Below, one piece after another: positions 37,701 to 45,225 of a stretch of DNA of 64,000 nucleotides; within the stretch, counting starts at the first letter, position 1; every line of letters begins with the position of its first letter. The notes beneath the pieces are model-generated. The model was not told where the DNA came from. It did not search any database and saw only the letters and a list, made by a program, of their open reading frames with translations. The position numbers and the translations under genes were made by a program. The stretch is taken from the sequence record ON529852.1; one strand, given 5' to 3'.

Positions 37701-37806
37701 CGCCGCCCCACAGCTTGAACGACAGGGCTCCGCCCGTGGCGATCGTGTAGGTCTGCGCCACGCCCGAGTAGGGATGCGAAGACTTACCGGAGGGGAGATC
37801 AGCCAT
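28747..37806 (-). CDS. Giant glycine-rich virion protein: 8 tandem ALK/LTK-type GRD modules, Pro/Val/Gly-rich stalk, C-terminal anchor
   Basis: 8 copies each of GGWP(D/N)GG and GGGGGYYGG, each module opening with (L/A)WGG(A/G)G-like motifs; ~295-aa period. Confidence 0.85.
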   Translation of the reverse strand: MADLPSGKSSHPYSGVAQTYTIATGGALSFKLWGGAGGGSNASNIAPRVGYGGAGGFVSGEVVVAAGDTIKIEVGGGGRTDPLTGAAVSPGGWPDGGVGGYAFTIRAAGGGGGSTRLYVNNVLVAVAGGGGGANHNETGTTVALGYSGAGGGLVGQDGFGQAGWAGLGGTQSAGGFSNPSNMPAKQGGSLRGGSGFVANADNRNGGGGGGGYYGGGAGAGQWTTNLSSGAGGGSSFLHATVATPLNVAGAGKTAPKTDDADYVAGVAVGADNGSTGVMALPGGNGLAVLTIAAVVIPPIPPGKTTLDFTGAVKSFVADRNTTLDIKAWGGAGAPAHRSDGSAALGGASGGGGFVRGKIALVTGDLVEISVAQGGQGGDGRTGSERGGFGGWPNGGNGAKYFTVGQLGGGGGATIVKVNGVIMLVAGGGGGSGMGYASGGYGGPGGGLIGQNGYAANNATLDYTNDSYRGIGGSQTGPGVSPFKPAFNGVGARGGDGYDSTVGETISSNSVNSGAGGGGGYYGGSGSASTGTFIPGGGAGGGSSYIHPSVVDGLTETGVITTGAPGAASDSDRGGKAAGRAAFGSNRGVGVPGGDGRVVVMAIDPPTPVGRGKFVLPFEGFAKSYEVTETSDLAFKLWGGGGSGASIVATRPLSYGGPGGFVSGVIRFKAGDILTVEVGAGGANTGAIGSGPSVGGWPDGGPGGFFATSRSAGAGGGSTRIYKNGALVAVAAGGGGGNVHENTTASRGYGGAGGGLTGADGDEAGGVRGTGGSQTAGGVCMARGADAVSSGGYLRGGSGGSTSVPVEVSNASGTVGAGGGGGYYGGGGSSGLASSTSSGAGGGSSFLHPAVDNGVTEMGLAQNPPRALDPDYVTGVAAGSVQGGPTDQALPGGNGRAVLDLGPPAATPELPSKISLAFRGAPVEYKVAADSILEAKLWGGGGAGGYANSGTRYAGAGGFTHVAIPVKANDTVRVEVGQGGRKPSVTTEGGLGGWPDGGDGGYASSTYCGGGGGGSTRIYVNDVLVAVAGAGGGVGGAFFSGSGGYYYGEHGGSSNYGAGGTQAAGGYAVGRYGDAAATGGLLRGGHGYGVGQNRTTADTRNGGGGGGGYYGGGSGGSGAGSGGGSSYIHAGYDGYTRRWNNGKAGGTEAGAANNTGSNGVPNVSDPDYVAGVAASGNGTSNLSSTTHGGNGLAVLALVAQQTVAPERTLLYAGAVNQTWVATKPGKVTVRAWGGGAGGVAGTGTLANGGAAGMVSFTRDVVPGDTLSFQVAQGGRGPTATTGGLGGWPDGGNGGMGSAAIGWGGGGGSTRVYLNSSLLAVAAGGGAGGAGINTAQGGAGGGETGQDGAPASNANFAVGGGGTQTAGGVNKLYTTDASYAGDYLKGGHGYPVGGSNASVGEGTGPGGGGGYYGGAGGCDTVAGAVTGAGGAGGGSSLTPLNGTNAAGSGFTPPSADLPEYVSGVARPASASATLTQPWVTEGGDGQVFIRFDETPAAIPLQPTTLVLGNNVFGHTATARTITISQKGTVNVNLWGGAGSGATVGTFRPGGDGGYTRAAIEVVPGDTLRVEVGQGGRPFATSGGGQGGWPDGGDGARISALTGYGGGGGSTRLYKNDVLVMVAGGGGGGGGGSSVAVAGGAGGGADGGPASNANLKPGTGGTQVSGGVNTGYPTDTTYAGSSLRGGNGFGVGNARYSLGSNGIGLGMGPGGGGGYYGGGGGSSLNAATAAGSAGGGSHLTPANGESVVGLGGTAVPGFVLGTAQGSAGTSTLAQNPAPGGDGLAILNYLVPVDLPTGKTAYGSNRSERLFNVTTAGLLKVKLWGAGGSAAVRPSVTTPSVAGAGAFSLAEFLVKPGDVVRVDVASGGGVPAPTDTVSGLGGWPDGGRGGKYEAAGTSLAGSGGGSSRVWINGVLQLVAGGGGGANSWYSAAVPGDGGAAGGRIGLPGAGPATTVGNGGRDYRGGLLRGRAVGSISSGAYLSGGQGYPDGSTPDTAAGLNAGPGGGGGYYGGAAGTNLAATSAGGAGGGSSYGGPLALNYRLASGVGANPPATGDADYAAGVGVGGVQATKAAILPGGDGRAVLDFTPGASIAPLPEGALSLLGDVYGPRDFITTFSGGVNLNLWGGGGAGSQLYTNTIAQDSIGGAGGHLTGVVMFQPGDLIRIEVGQGGSSPGNFTGSLGGWPDGGGGGPGTYGGGAGGGSTRVWRNGVLVAVVGGGGAGAATAARRGGFGGGLSGGNGVGTAQGMGTGGTQSTGGVGASNTNGNGNGAYLRGGDGFQIDGSESVVGASGVGATGAGGGGGYYGGGGGALNSGSTSGSAGGGSGFLGDLLLEGVTETSATGTPAGTTNPVYQSGVGLGGVPNFAIVPGMAGGPGLAALSVFEGELSIPVTFNVTQIGTVLVTSASGSGEGSKAGDAVGSLPVVTVVPPVGAIAMGAQGSGDLGESILMMDPQAKAAGGIGAYLPTIYVSGDLGGQPQNDALVVTGIGEDLAYPFPPSVGLEAGVDLKLDQTLTVTLQPMNYILGNGFEMFDPLVIGVSGIEGEMGVADMWIGEIDSVIPLTAPEGFAEGDAGWAPQPGQFLGVVTLQAPQGDLNGPDETADGDFGAPVQIVPLAGLGELPIPYTTEPFENDITIAFATGDATGAANAIVSAGPQGGPLVTIAVGMNGDPLVEVTASVSRDLGLILVGTPLASFSRSATVRINYFDRIYVTPPRGFAAELTAAVVDGDLSDSVILVSPPESEGAGGTSASAPLPTVYLQPVEGYVEDDDGVHVSGSGGVVIRYKRTLVRGNVPIALEPLEIALNETDGLLFATDGYGVMQARPLGRIALGGVAPEGGEPGDILYADGTWRAPDPVYDAPVLLPARAGDRYLTDFGMDASANQPPVGKVVYRPFFLPRTTRFTRFGVTITAASAGTIRFGVCRWDQALQMPGDVAVSVQVSASGPTGPKSVDQDVVLEAGWHAAMIAVTGAAPTLSARRGPTAFAADMTMVGDPAAPDTGSLLDAPTPTSREASALAYVWATA

Positions 37807-37971
37807 CAGCAGGACTCAGACGCAGAAAAGCGCCCGGCGCGAAAACGCCGGACGCAAGAAGGTGTGGGATGAGCGGAGAAGTCGCGCCGTCACAGCAAAC
37901 CAAAGGGAACCGAAGCCCGCCTTGTACCACAAGACGGGCTCGATTGCCAGGAATTACGGCGTTGTCTGCTT

Positions 37972-38385
37972 TTAGTTCTGGAAGCGCAGGGGCGCCGAGA
38001 AGGTCACGGCGAACGAGGCGTTCGTCGACGAGATTTCCTGGTTGAAATCGACGTAGGCGACCAGAGGGTTGGCGGTGGCGACGCCGGCGGCGAAGTAGAT
38101 CACCGCGCCGCGCGCCGTGACGGTGGCGTTGGACCAGGCCACGTTCGAGAAGGACAGGTCGACGCGGTTGCCGACGTTGTCCTTGGAGACCGTGACGGTG
38201 GTGCCCTGGCCGCCGGCGGTGTAGCCGGTGCCGGTCACTTCATTGGTGACGTCCGACATGCGCGTGTGCGACTTCACGGCGTTATAGCCAGCGCCGACCA
38301 ACGCGACCTTGAAGCCGGTGACATCGAACTCAAGGTCCCCTTTGCAGAGGTCCTCGATCATGGAGTTGTAAACGAGAGAGGCCAT
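37972..38385 (-). CDS. Small virion structural protein (137 aa)
   Basis: DLEFD..FKVALV..GY.AGG..FSNVAW..ATVTARGAVIY..LVAYVDF pattern of phage fibre subunits. Confidence 0.6.
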   Translation of the reverse strand: MASLVYNSMIEDLCKGDLEFDVTGFKVALVGAGYNAVKSHTRMSDVTNEVTGTGYTAGGQGTTVTVSKDNVGNRVDLSFSNVAWSNATVTARGAVIYFAAGVATANPLVAYVDFNQEISSTNASFAVTFSAPLRFQN

Positions 38386-38437
38386 GGGGTTTCTGTCTCC
38401 TAGAGGCCGTTAAAGTTGGGTTCCGACCGGCCCCCGG

Positions 38438-39127
38438 TCAGAAAGTTCCGCCGTCAATCTTGACGTTGGTGAGGGTCACGCCATCCAGGATTCCACCCGT
38501 GACGTTGATGTTGTCGGCGTCTTGGAGCGCCATGGTGCCGAGATCGTCGGGGTTGCCCGACCCTGAGCCCACGCCGGTCTCGCCGATGTAGCGGTAGGCC
38601 TCGAAGTAGACGCCGTGACTGGCGACGGAGACCGCGCCGGACCCGATCGTGGCGGTCTTGCCCGCCGGGATCGTGCCGGTGAAAATGAGGACGCCGGCGG
38701 CGTAGTCGAACACCCACTCTTCGTCGGTGGTGTCCGGGAAGATGCGCGCCGCCGGGCCGACGTTGGGATCGCCGACGAAGACCTTGACCGCGTAGCCGGA
38801 GCCGAAGGTGGGGGCGATGAAGTTGATCGCGCGCGTCTCGACGTCGCCATGCGTGGTCGTCGCCAGCCAGGCCACGTTCGCCGGCGAAGTCGGATCAACC
38901 GTCGCCCGAATGCGCTGGGCGCCGGCGTAGGCCTGAATGAAGGCGTTCTCCACCGGCGTCGCCGGAATGTCGTCGCCCTGCTGCCAGACCGTCGACGGCA
39001 GGACCGGAGACGGCGACGCGATCGTTTCGTTCGAGCCGAACTTGAGCGCGGCGCTGGCCGTCTTGGAGACGCCGAAGATGATCTTCTTCCAGAGGAAGTC
39101 GATCTTTTCGCTATCAATGATCGCCAT
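38438..39127 (-). CDS. Virion protein, paralog of the N-terminal domain of the 723-aa ORF
   Basis: MAIIDSEKIDFLWKKI vs MAIVDSEKLDLLWKKI; identical GPAAR.FPDTT.EEWVFDYAAGVL. Confidence 0.75.
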   Translation of the reverse strand: MAIIDSEKIDFLWKKIIFGVSKTASAALKFGSNETIASPSPVLPSTVWQQGDDIPATPVENAFIQAYAGAQRIRATVDPTSPANVAWLATTTHGDVETRAINFIAPTFGSGYAVKVFVGDPNVGPAARIFPDTTDEEWVFDYAAGVLIFTGTIPAGKTATIGSGAVSVASHGVYFEAYRYIGETGVGSGSGNPDDLGTMALQDADNINVTGGILDGVTLTNVKIDGGTF

Positions 39128-39137
39128 CGTCCGCGCC

Positions 39138-41309
39138 CTAGTTCGTGAACGACAGGGCCGTGATCGCCTGCCCGGCGTTCAGCCGGAACCGGACCAGGAT
39201 TTCGTTGCCGGTGGCGTTGGTCGACGACTGCGTGCCGAAGGTGATCTGGAAGGCGCCGGTCGCTCCGGTCATCACCGAGCCCAGGGCGCAACCCGCATCC
39301 GCATCGCCCGCTTCACCAGGGACGCCTGCGCCGTCATAGGGCTTGAAGGCGTTCCACCAGCCGTTGGGGGCATTCGGCGCACTATCCGACGCGCCCGGCA
39401 GCTTGATGCGGCAGTCGGCGTAGGTGCCGGTGACGTTGATCTTGAAGGCTGACAGAGCCGAGCGGTTGAAGCTGAAGGTGACGTATTGCTCGCCCGAACG
39501 GCCGACTGACATGTTGGGGCCGGCGGGCAGGTAGGCGCTGTAGTCGGTCTGGTCGTGCTTCAGCACGCCGCCGACCACCAGGGCTTCGTGGGTCGCCGGC
39601 GTCGGCGTGGAGTCCCAGGTGGCGGCCCCGCCCGCAGGGGTCGGCCCCGCCGCGAGCGACTTGCGCACGGCGGCGTTGCCGTTGGGCGCCGCGCCCAGGC
39701 CGGTGACCGGAACCGACATCTCATTGATGCGGCTGCCGGACGTGCCGCGCTTGACCAGGATATTCTTGGCCTGGATGGTGGTGGCGGCCGTCGCGCCGTT
39801 GACATTGCGGGCCGTCGCCTGGAGGACGCCGACATTGTGGACATTGGTCCCGTCGATCGCCACGGTGGCGGGCGTGATGGCGACCGCAGCGACGTCGCCG
39901 CGCGCCATCGGCGTGGTGATGCCCAGGGCGGCGTAGGCCAGCGTGTCGGACGAGATGATTCCGTTGGTGCCCGAAATCACCAGCGGGTCCGCCCCGCCGT
40001 AATAGGTCTCGCCGGGGACGAGATTGGCGAGCGTCAGGCCGACCGTCAGGGTCGCGCCGTCGCCGTAGTGGGGGACGCCCGAGGAATAGGCCAGGGTTCC
40101 GGCGGTGGCCTGAACGACCGTCCCTGCCGAAATCGTCGGATTGCCGGCACCGGCGTCGCGGACGAAGAAGACCTCGTTCGTCTGACCCGCGCCGGTGTGC
40201 GCGATACGGGCCTTATTGACCCCGATCTGAGCGGCGAAACCCGTCAGGCTGACGTCGATCGATTTCCAGAAGCCCGGCGTGGAGAGGGGGAAGTCTTTCT
40301 GATCCGCGATCGTCAGACCGTCGACCGTGCCGTTGTCGGCCGTGCCCGTCAGGACCTTGGTCGCGACCACGGCGCCGTTGAGCGAGGCGGTGATGGTGCC
40401 CACGTCGCCCGGACCCACGTCGCCGAACACGTTGGAGTTCACGCCGGCGCCGGTGATCCGCGTGACGGCGTCGCCGGCCGCCAGGGTCGAGGCGGCGTGA
40501 TCGGTCACGCCGGTCGCCAGGCGCGGCGAAGAGCCGGCGGCGTTCGCCACCGACAGGGTCCCGTTCGGGAACATGGGGGGTTGGCTCGGGACCAGCTTGC
40601 CCAGGACCTCATTGAGGCGGTCGACGGCTTCCGAGACCGGGGTCTCGTCGTCGAGCGGCACCGCGCCGGGCGTCCACGACCCGTCGCCGTGCGCGACGAT
40701 GTCACCCAGGGGGAGTTCGAATCCGTCCGAGGCCCCCGACTTCGGGATGCCCCGCAGGCCTTGATACTGGCAGGCTTCAATGAAGATGCCCGAGGTGGCG
40801 ATGTCGACGTTGCCGGTGCCGATGGTGGCGGGCTTGGCCGCCGGGATGGTCGAGGCGAACAGCAGGACGCCGGCGGCGTAGTCGAACACCCACTCCTCGT
40901 TGGTGGTGTCCGGGAACAGGCGCGCGGCCGGGCCGACCTCAGGGTCGCCGATGAAGACGCGCGCGGCGTAGCTGGACCCGAAGGTCGGCGGGATGAAGTC
41001 GGTCAGACGCGTGGTGATGTCGCCCTGGGTCTCGGTCGCCAGCCAGGTCAGGTTGGGCGTCGAGGTCGGATCAGTGGTGGCGGCGATGCGCGACGCGCCC
41101 GTGCGCACCTTGACTTCAGGCGTGTCTGCGGCCGGCGCGAAGTCCGGGATCAGGTCCGTCGCGCCCCAGATCGATTCCGGGTAGACCGGCGAGGGAGAGG
41201 GGATGGTCTCGTTGGAGCCCGCCTTGTCCGCCGCCTTGGCCGACTTGGTCGTGCCGAAGCCGATCTTCTTCCACAGAAGGTCCAGCTTCTCAGAGTCTAC
41301 AATCGCCAT
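39138..41309 (-). CDS. Virion protein (723 aa), mosaic of the 229-aa and 680-aa paralogs
   Basis: Shares HGDGSWTPGAVPL...PSQPPMFPNGTL through ...ALSFTN with the 680-aa ORF. Confidence 0.75.
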   Translation of the reverse strand: MAIVDSEKLDLLWKKIGFGTTKSAKAADKAGSNETIPSPSPVYPESIWGATDLIPDFAPAADTPEVKVRTGASRIAATTDPTSTPNLTWLATETQGDITTRLTDFIPPTFGSSYAARVFIGDPEVGPAARLFPDTTNEEWVFDYAAGVLLFASTIPAAKPATIGTGNVDIATSGIFIEACQYQGLRGIPKSGASDGFELPLGDIVAHGDGSWTPGAVPLDDETPVSEAVDRLNEVLGKLVPSQPPMFPNGTLSVANAAGSSPRLATGVTDHAASTLAAGDAVTRITGAGVNSNVFGDVGPGDVGTITASLNGAVVATKVLTGTADNGTVDGLTIADQKDFPLSTPGFWKSIDVSLTGFAAQIGVNKARIAHTGAGQTNEVFFVRDAGAGNPTISAGTVVQATAGTLAYSSGVPHYGDGATLTVGLTLANLVPGETYYGGADPLVISGTNGIISSDTLAYAALGITTPMARGDVAAVAITPATVAIDGTNVHNVGVLQATARNVNGATAATTIQAKNILVKRGTSGSRINEMSVPVTGLGAAPNGNAAVRKSLAAGPTPAGGAATWDSTPTPATHEALVVGGVLKHDQTDYSAYLPAGPNMSVGRSGEQYVTFSFNRSALSAFKINVTGTYADCRIKLPGASDSAPNAPNGWWNAFKPYDGAGVPGEAGDADAGCALGSVMTGATGAFQITFGTQSSTNATGNEILVRFRLNAGQAITALSFTN

Positions 41310-41321
41310 GCCAGGGCCGCC

Positions 41322-43364
41322 TTAGTTCGTGAAGGAGAGCGCGGAGATCGCCTGGCCCTGGACCAGCTTGAACCGCACGAGGATGAGGTTGTCGGTCGCG
41401 TTCGTTGACGACTGCGTGCCGAAGGTGATGGTGAAGGCGCCGGTCGAGCCCGACATGACCGTGCCGGAGGCGCAGCCCGCCAGCGGGTCGCCGGCTTCGC
41501 CGGGCACGCCCGCGCCGTCGTAGGGCTTGAAGCCGTCCCACCAGCCGCCAGGGGCGTTCGGCTGCTGATCGGACACGCCCGGCAGCTTGACCCAGCATCC
41601 GGCGTAGGCGCCGGTGACGTTGATCTTGAAGGCCGAGCGCGCGGCGCGGCGGAAGGCGAAGGTGACGTACTGGGCGCCGTCGCGGCCGACCGACAGGTCC
41701 GGTCCCGCCGGCAGATGGCCCTGGGCGTAGTTGGTGCGGTTGTGCGCCAGGACGCCGGCGACGACCGCTGCTTCGTAGGTCGGCAGGACCGCTGTGGCGT
41801 CCCAGGCCGCATGCGCCGCAGCCGGCGTGTCGCCAGCCGCCGTAGACACCCGCACGGCGTTGAGCGCGTTGGGCAGGGCGCCGAGACCCGTGACCGGCAC
41901 GCTCATCTCGTCCAGGCGGGCGCCGGCCGCGCCGCGCTTGATCAGAATGGTCGGACCGCCGAGATCGGTGGTGACGGAGCCGTTGACGTTGCGAGCGACG
42001 CCGGAGACCTTGCCGGACACATGGCCCGAACCGTCGACCGCGATCGTCTGCGGGCTCACCGCCTGCGCCGACAGGGTGTTGCGCGCCAACGGCGCGTCGA
42101 TGCCAGTCGCCGGCACGTAGCCGAAGGTCTTGGTCGCGATGACGGGTCCCGAGAACTGAACGGGATCGCCGCCGCCGTAGTAGGTTTCGCCCGCCAGATT
42201 GGCGATCGACATGGAGACCGTCAGGCTCGCGCCGTCGCCGTAGTGAGGCACGCCCGAGGAATAGGCCAGCGTCCCCGCCGAGGCCTGGGTCACCGATCCG
42301 GCCGAGATGACGGGCGAGGCCGTCATGTCGTCACGCATGAAGACGACGGGATTGGTGATCCCCGCCTGGCTGTGCGCCATCTGGACCGAGTTCAGTCCGT
42401 AGGGGGCAGGCAGGAGGTTCAAGCTGACGTCGATCGACTTCCAGAAGCCCGGCGTCTCGACCGGGAAGTCCTTCTGGTCCGCAATCACGAGCCCGGCGTA
42501 GGACCCGTTGTCGCCCTCACCCGTCAGCGTGCGGCTGGCGACCACGGCGCCGTTCAGGCTGACGGCGATCAGGCCGGCGTCGCCCGGCCCGACGTCACCG
42601 AACACAAACGACGAGAAACCGGCGGCCGTGATGCGGCTGACGGCGGTGCCCGGCGTGAGGGATGCGCTGAAGTTGTTGGTGTACCCCTGGGTCAGGCGCG
42701 GCGAGGCACCGGCGCCGTTGGCGATCGCCAGGGTCCCGTTCGGGAACATCGGCGGCTGCGAAGGGATCAGCTTGCCCAACACTTCATTGAGGCGGTCCAC
42801 CGCTTCGGACACCGGCGTGGCGTTCTCCAGCGGCACAGCGCCCGGCGTCCAGGACCCGTCACCGTGCTCTACGATGTCGCCCAGAATGACGTGGAAGCCG
42901 TCCAGGTTGTCGATCTTGTCGGCAGCGTCCTGGAGGCGGACGTTGACCTTCGAGATCGCCGTGGCGACGTCAGTGGTCTCGTCCAGTTCGACCGCGCCGG
43001 TCTCCCACAGACCTTCGCCCGAGATCGGATCGATGCGGTCGCCCAGGGGGATGTTGATCCCGATGGGGGAGAAGTTCGCGAGGGCCAGGTTCAGGCGCTG
43101 GAGCGCCTCGGCCATATTGTCGGTGGGCTCCAGCACCACCAGACCGCCGGTCCAGTCGGTGTTGTCGCCCAGCAGGATTTCGTCGGCGTCGCGCGCCTCG
43201 GCGACGACGACGCTGACCGAGCCGTCAGCCCCGTATTCGCCCGCGAACAGCAGCCCGCAGGTGTACCCCTCGTCTTCCGGCGGGGTCTTGGCGAAGAGGG
43301 GGAACGCCCGGTGGGTTTCGACGTCGACTGCGACATCGCCCGTGACGTCGACGAGCAGAGCCAT
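41322..43364 (-). CDS. Virion protein (680 aa), paralog of the 723-aa ORF
   Basis: ~500-aa shared C-terminal region; internally repeated LGD.I...GEG.W..GAV.L motif. Confidence 0.75.
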   Translation of the reverse strand: MALLVDVTGDVAVDVETHRAFPLFAKTPPEDEGYTCGLLFAGEYGADGSVSVVVAEARDADEILLGDNTDWTGGLVVLEPTDNMAEALQRLNLALANFSPIGINIPLGDRIDPISGEGLWETGAVELDETTDVATAISKVNVRLQDAADKIDNLDGFHVILGDIVEHGDGSWTPGAVPLENATPVSEAVDRLNEVLGKLIPSQPPMFPNGTLAIANGAGASPRLTQGYTNNFSASLTPGTAVSRITAAGFSSFVFGDVGPGDAGLIAVSLNGAVVASRTLTGEGDNGSYAGLVIADQKDFPVETPGFWKSIDVSLNLLPAPYGLNSVQMAHSQAGITNPVVFMRDDMTASPVISAGSVTQASAGTLAYSSGVPHYGDGASLTVSMSIANLAGETYYGGGDPVQFSGPVIATKTFGYVPATGIDAPLARNTLSAQAVSPQTIAVDGSGHVSGKVSGVARNVNGSVTTDLGGPTILIKRGAAGARLDEMSVPVTGLGALPNALNAVRVSTAAGDTPAAAHAAWDATAVLPTYEAAVVAGVLAHNRTNYAQGHLPAGPDLSVGRDGAQYVTFAFRRAARSAFKINVTGAYAGCWVKLPGVSDQQPNAPGGWWDGFKPYDGAGVPGEAGDPLAGCASGTVMSGSTGAFTITFGTQSSTNATDNLILVRFKLVQGQAISALSFTN

Positions 43365-43365
43365 A

Positions 43366-43737
43366 CTAGCGGAGACGGACCTGGATGTGGTCCTGCGGGA
43401 TGATGATCCCCTGACCGGCTTCGGTGGCCCGCGACGTGCGCAGACGGCCGTAGAGAACCATGTCCCCAGCGGCGTCGAAGATCGCGAAGTAGTTGACCTG
43501 GACCCAGTCGTTGAGCGCGGGGCCGAAGGCCAGCGGGCCGACCGAGGTCAGGTTGGTGATGCCGGCGGCGACGGTCTTGGCGAGCGTGATCGGACGGCGC
43601 TCGTAACCGAGGTCGGCCGCCGGCTCGACGATCAGCGTGCCGTCAGGCTCGGGTGCGGACGCGAGCAGGCCCAGGGTGAGATCATCACCCCAGGCCGCGA
43701 GGATCGCGTCGTGAGTCTTGTACGACAGGTTGGGCAC
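43366..43737 (-). CDS. Small virion structural protein (123 aa)
   Basis: LGLLASAP...YERRPITL...FGPA..DW..VNYFAIFDAAG..LYG pattern of phage fibre subunits. Confidence 0.6.
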   Translation of the reverse strand: MPNLSYKTHDAILAAWGDDLTLGLLASAPEPDGTLIVEPAADLGYERRPITLAKTVAAGITNLTSVGPLAFGPALNDWVQVNYFAIFDAAGDMVLYGRLRTSRATEAGQGIIIPQDHIQVRLR

Positions 43738-43748
43738 GGTGGCGGGCC

Positions 43749-44297
43749 TTACTTGGCCTTGCGACCGCGACGGGGAGTCTTGGAGACGGTGGTCGTGTCG
43801 GCGGCTTCGGCGACAGCCGAAACGTCGATGGCGTCTTCGTTGTCCAGGTCCGACGAGTCGTCGGCCGGGGCGGCGGAGAAGTCCTTCACCTCGGGCTCCG
43901 GCAGGTGGGCGGCGGCGGCCGCAGCAGCGGCGGCCTTGGCCTGCACTTCAGCCTGGGCAGCCGCAGCAGCTTGTGCGGCGGCGGCTTCCAGAGCCTGCTG
44001 CTGAGCGATCGCGGCGGCCATGGCGGCTTGCTGCTGTTGCAGGGCCTGGGCGGCCTGCGACGCGGCCGGGGACTGCCCGTTCTCGTCCTTGCCGGTGGCG
44101 CGGTCGAGCACGCGCTGCGACGGCGCGGGGCCTTCCGGCGGGGTCACAGTGGCGAAGGGCGCGTAGGCGGCCGGGTTCGCCGGAACGAAGCGAGTCCACG
44201 AATAGCCGGCGCCGACGACGAGGTCACGCGCGTTGGGGCGGGTGTGACGTTCGGGGTTGCCGTTGGAGTCGTAGATGATGACGGTGTTGTCGGCCAT
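43749..44297 (-). CDS. Hypothetical Ala/Gln-rich protein (182 aa, MADNTVII...)
   Basis: Downstream of a late-promoter motif; low-complexity QQQQAAMAAA. Confidence 0.7.
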   Translation of the reverse strand: MADNTVIIYDSNGNPERHTRPNARDLVVGAGYSWTRFVPANPAAYAPFATVTPPEGPAPSQRVLDRATGKDENGQSPAASQAAQALQQQQAAMAAAIAQQQALEAAAAQAAAAAQAEVQAKAAAAAAAAAHLPEPEVKDFSAAPADDSSDLDNEDAIDVSAVAEAADTTTVSKTPRRGRKAK

Positions 44298-44389
44298 GTG
44301 CGGCGTAAATCCTGCGTATCGGGTAGATGCGAAAAAGGGCGCAGTCGAGCCGCGCGAGACTAGGCTTTCTGGCATGAATCCTGCTCAAA

Positions 44390-44415
44390 GTCAAGATTTC
44401 CAGCACTGAGCGCCA
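44390..44415 (-). promoter_or_regulatory. Late-promoter motif copy 4
   Basis: GGCGCTCAGTGCTGGAAATCTTGACT-17-CAGAAA. Confidence 0.65.
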
Positions 44416-44497
44416 GGAATCGCGGCAATCAGAGTCCCCTTGACGAGCGATCTAATCTCGATCTAAATCCGATCGTCTTTAGATCGAGAGGAAACCC

Positions 44498-44668
44498 ATG
44501 GACAAACTGTATAGCTGGTCGAGCAAGCGCGCCGGCGGCCGCATCACCATCAAACATGCAACCGGAAAGATCGTGAACGTGGACGTGATCGAACCCATCA
44601 ACGGCAAGGTCGTCGCGATCGACAAGGACGGCCGCTCCTATGAACTGGTCGTCGCACCGCCCGTTTAA
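44498..44668 (+). CDS. Small plus-strand protein (56 aa, MDKLYSWSSKRAGG..., absent from ORF track)
   Basis: TTGACG-16-TCTAAATC promoter at 44441; GAGAGGA SD. Confidence 0.7.
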   Translation: MDKLYSWSSKRAGGRITIKHATGKIVNVDVIEPINGKVVAIDKDGRSYELVVAPPV

Positions 44669-44747
44669 TCCACATATCCACAACAGCAGCGCTTCTGTGG
44701 ATAAGTCAGGATTCCTGATTGACGGTCCAGGGCAGCCCGGCTACATC
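44666..44747 (+). promoter_or_regulatory. Three DnaA-box-like 9-mers plus sigma70 promoter
   Basis: TAATCCACA 44666, ATATCCACA 44674, TGTGGATAA 44696; TTGACG 44719 and GCTACATC 44740. Confidence 0.7.
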
Positions 44748-44751
44748 CCTA

Positions 44752-45225
44752 ATCGTCGCTTCGGAAACGGAGCGGCCGGCAACCGGGCCTCGGCCCTACT
44801 AGCCGGGCTTCCAAGGGTATGCAGCCTACGGGCTGATCCCACGGGAGTTGAGACCGGACGCCGGGGTGACCCGGTCCATCCGCCGAGACATGGTATCTCA
44901 AGGCTGCCGCAGCCCAAGAGACCACCCCTCGGACCGCCCGAGGCCGTAAGGCTGGAGGTCAGGAGTCTCAGGAGATCGGTCAGCAATGATCCGGTCGACC
45001 CTAAGGCGTCGCGGACTTCGCACCCTCGGGTGCGGGAGCCAAGATGTAGAGATGCGGGTCTAGGCGTCACAGCTTCGACCTTCAGGTATGAGCCCCTCCA
45101 CGGCGACGTGAAGGAAGCGTCAGCCTCACCTTCTTCGGGGAAACCTGATGCCCTGGTGAACTCTCCTGCCCAGACTGTAACGGTCGAAAGCAGGCGCGAA
45201 GTCGGACCAGAACCAGATTGTCGGG
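44752..45225 (+). ncRNA. Candidate large structured ncRNA (~480 nt)
   Basis: Bounded by promoter and terminator; no credible ORF; many stems with GNRA/UNCG loops and nested long-range helices. Confidence 0.65.

Noticed and set aside
28747-37806. CRISPR array or DNA tandem repeat in the GCC-rich region
   Set aside because: The repeats are Gly codons in protein modules; there are no constant direct repeats with unique spacers and no cas genes.
44752-45225. RNase P RNA assignment for the large ncRNA
   Set aside because: Only fragmentary resemblance; GAGGAAAGUCC and the P4 pseudoknot pairing are absent. Kept as an unassigned ncRNA.
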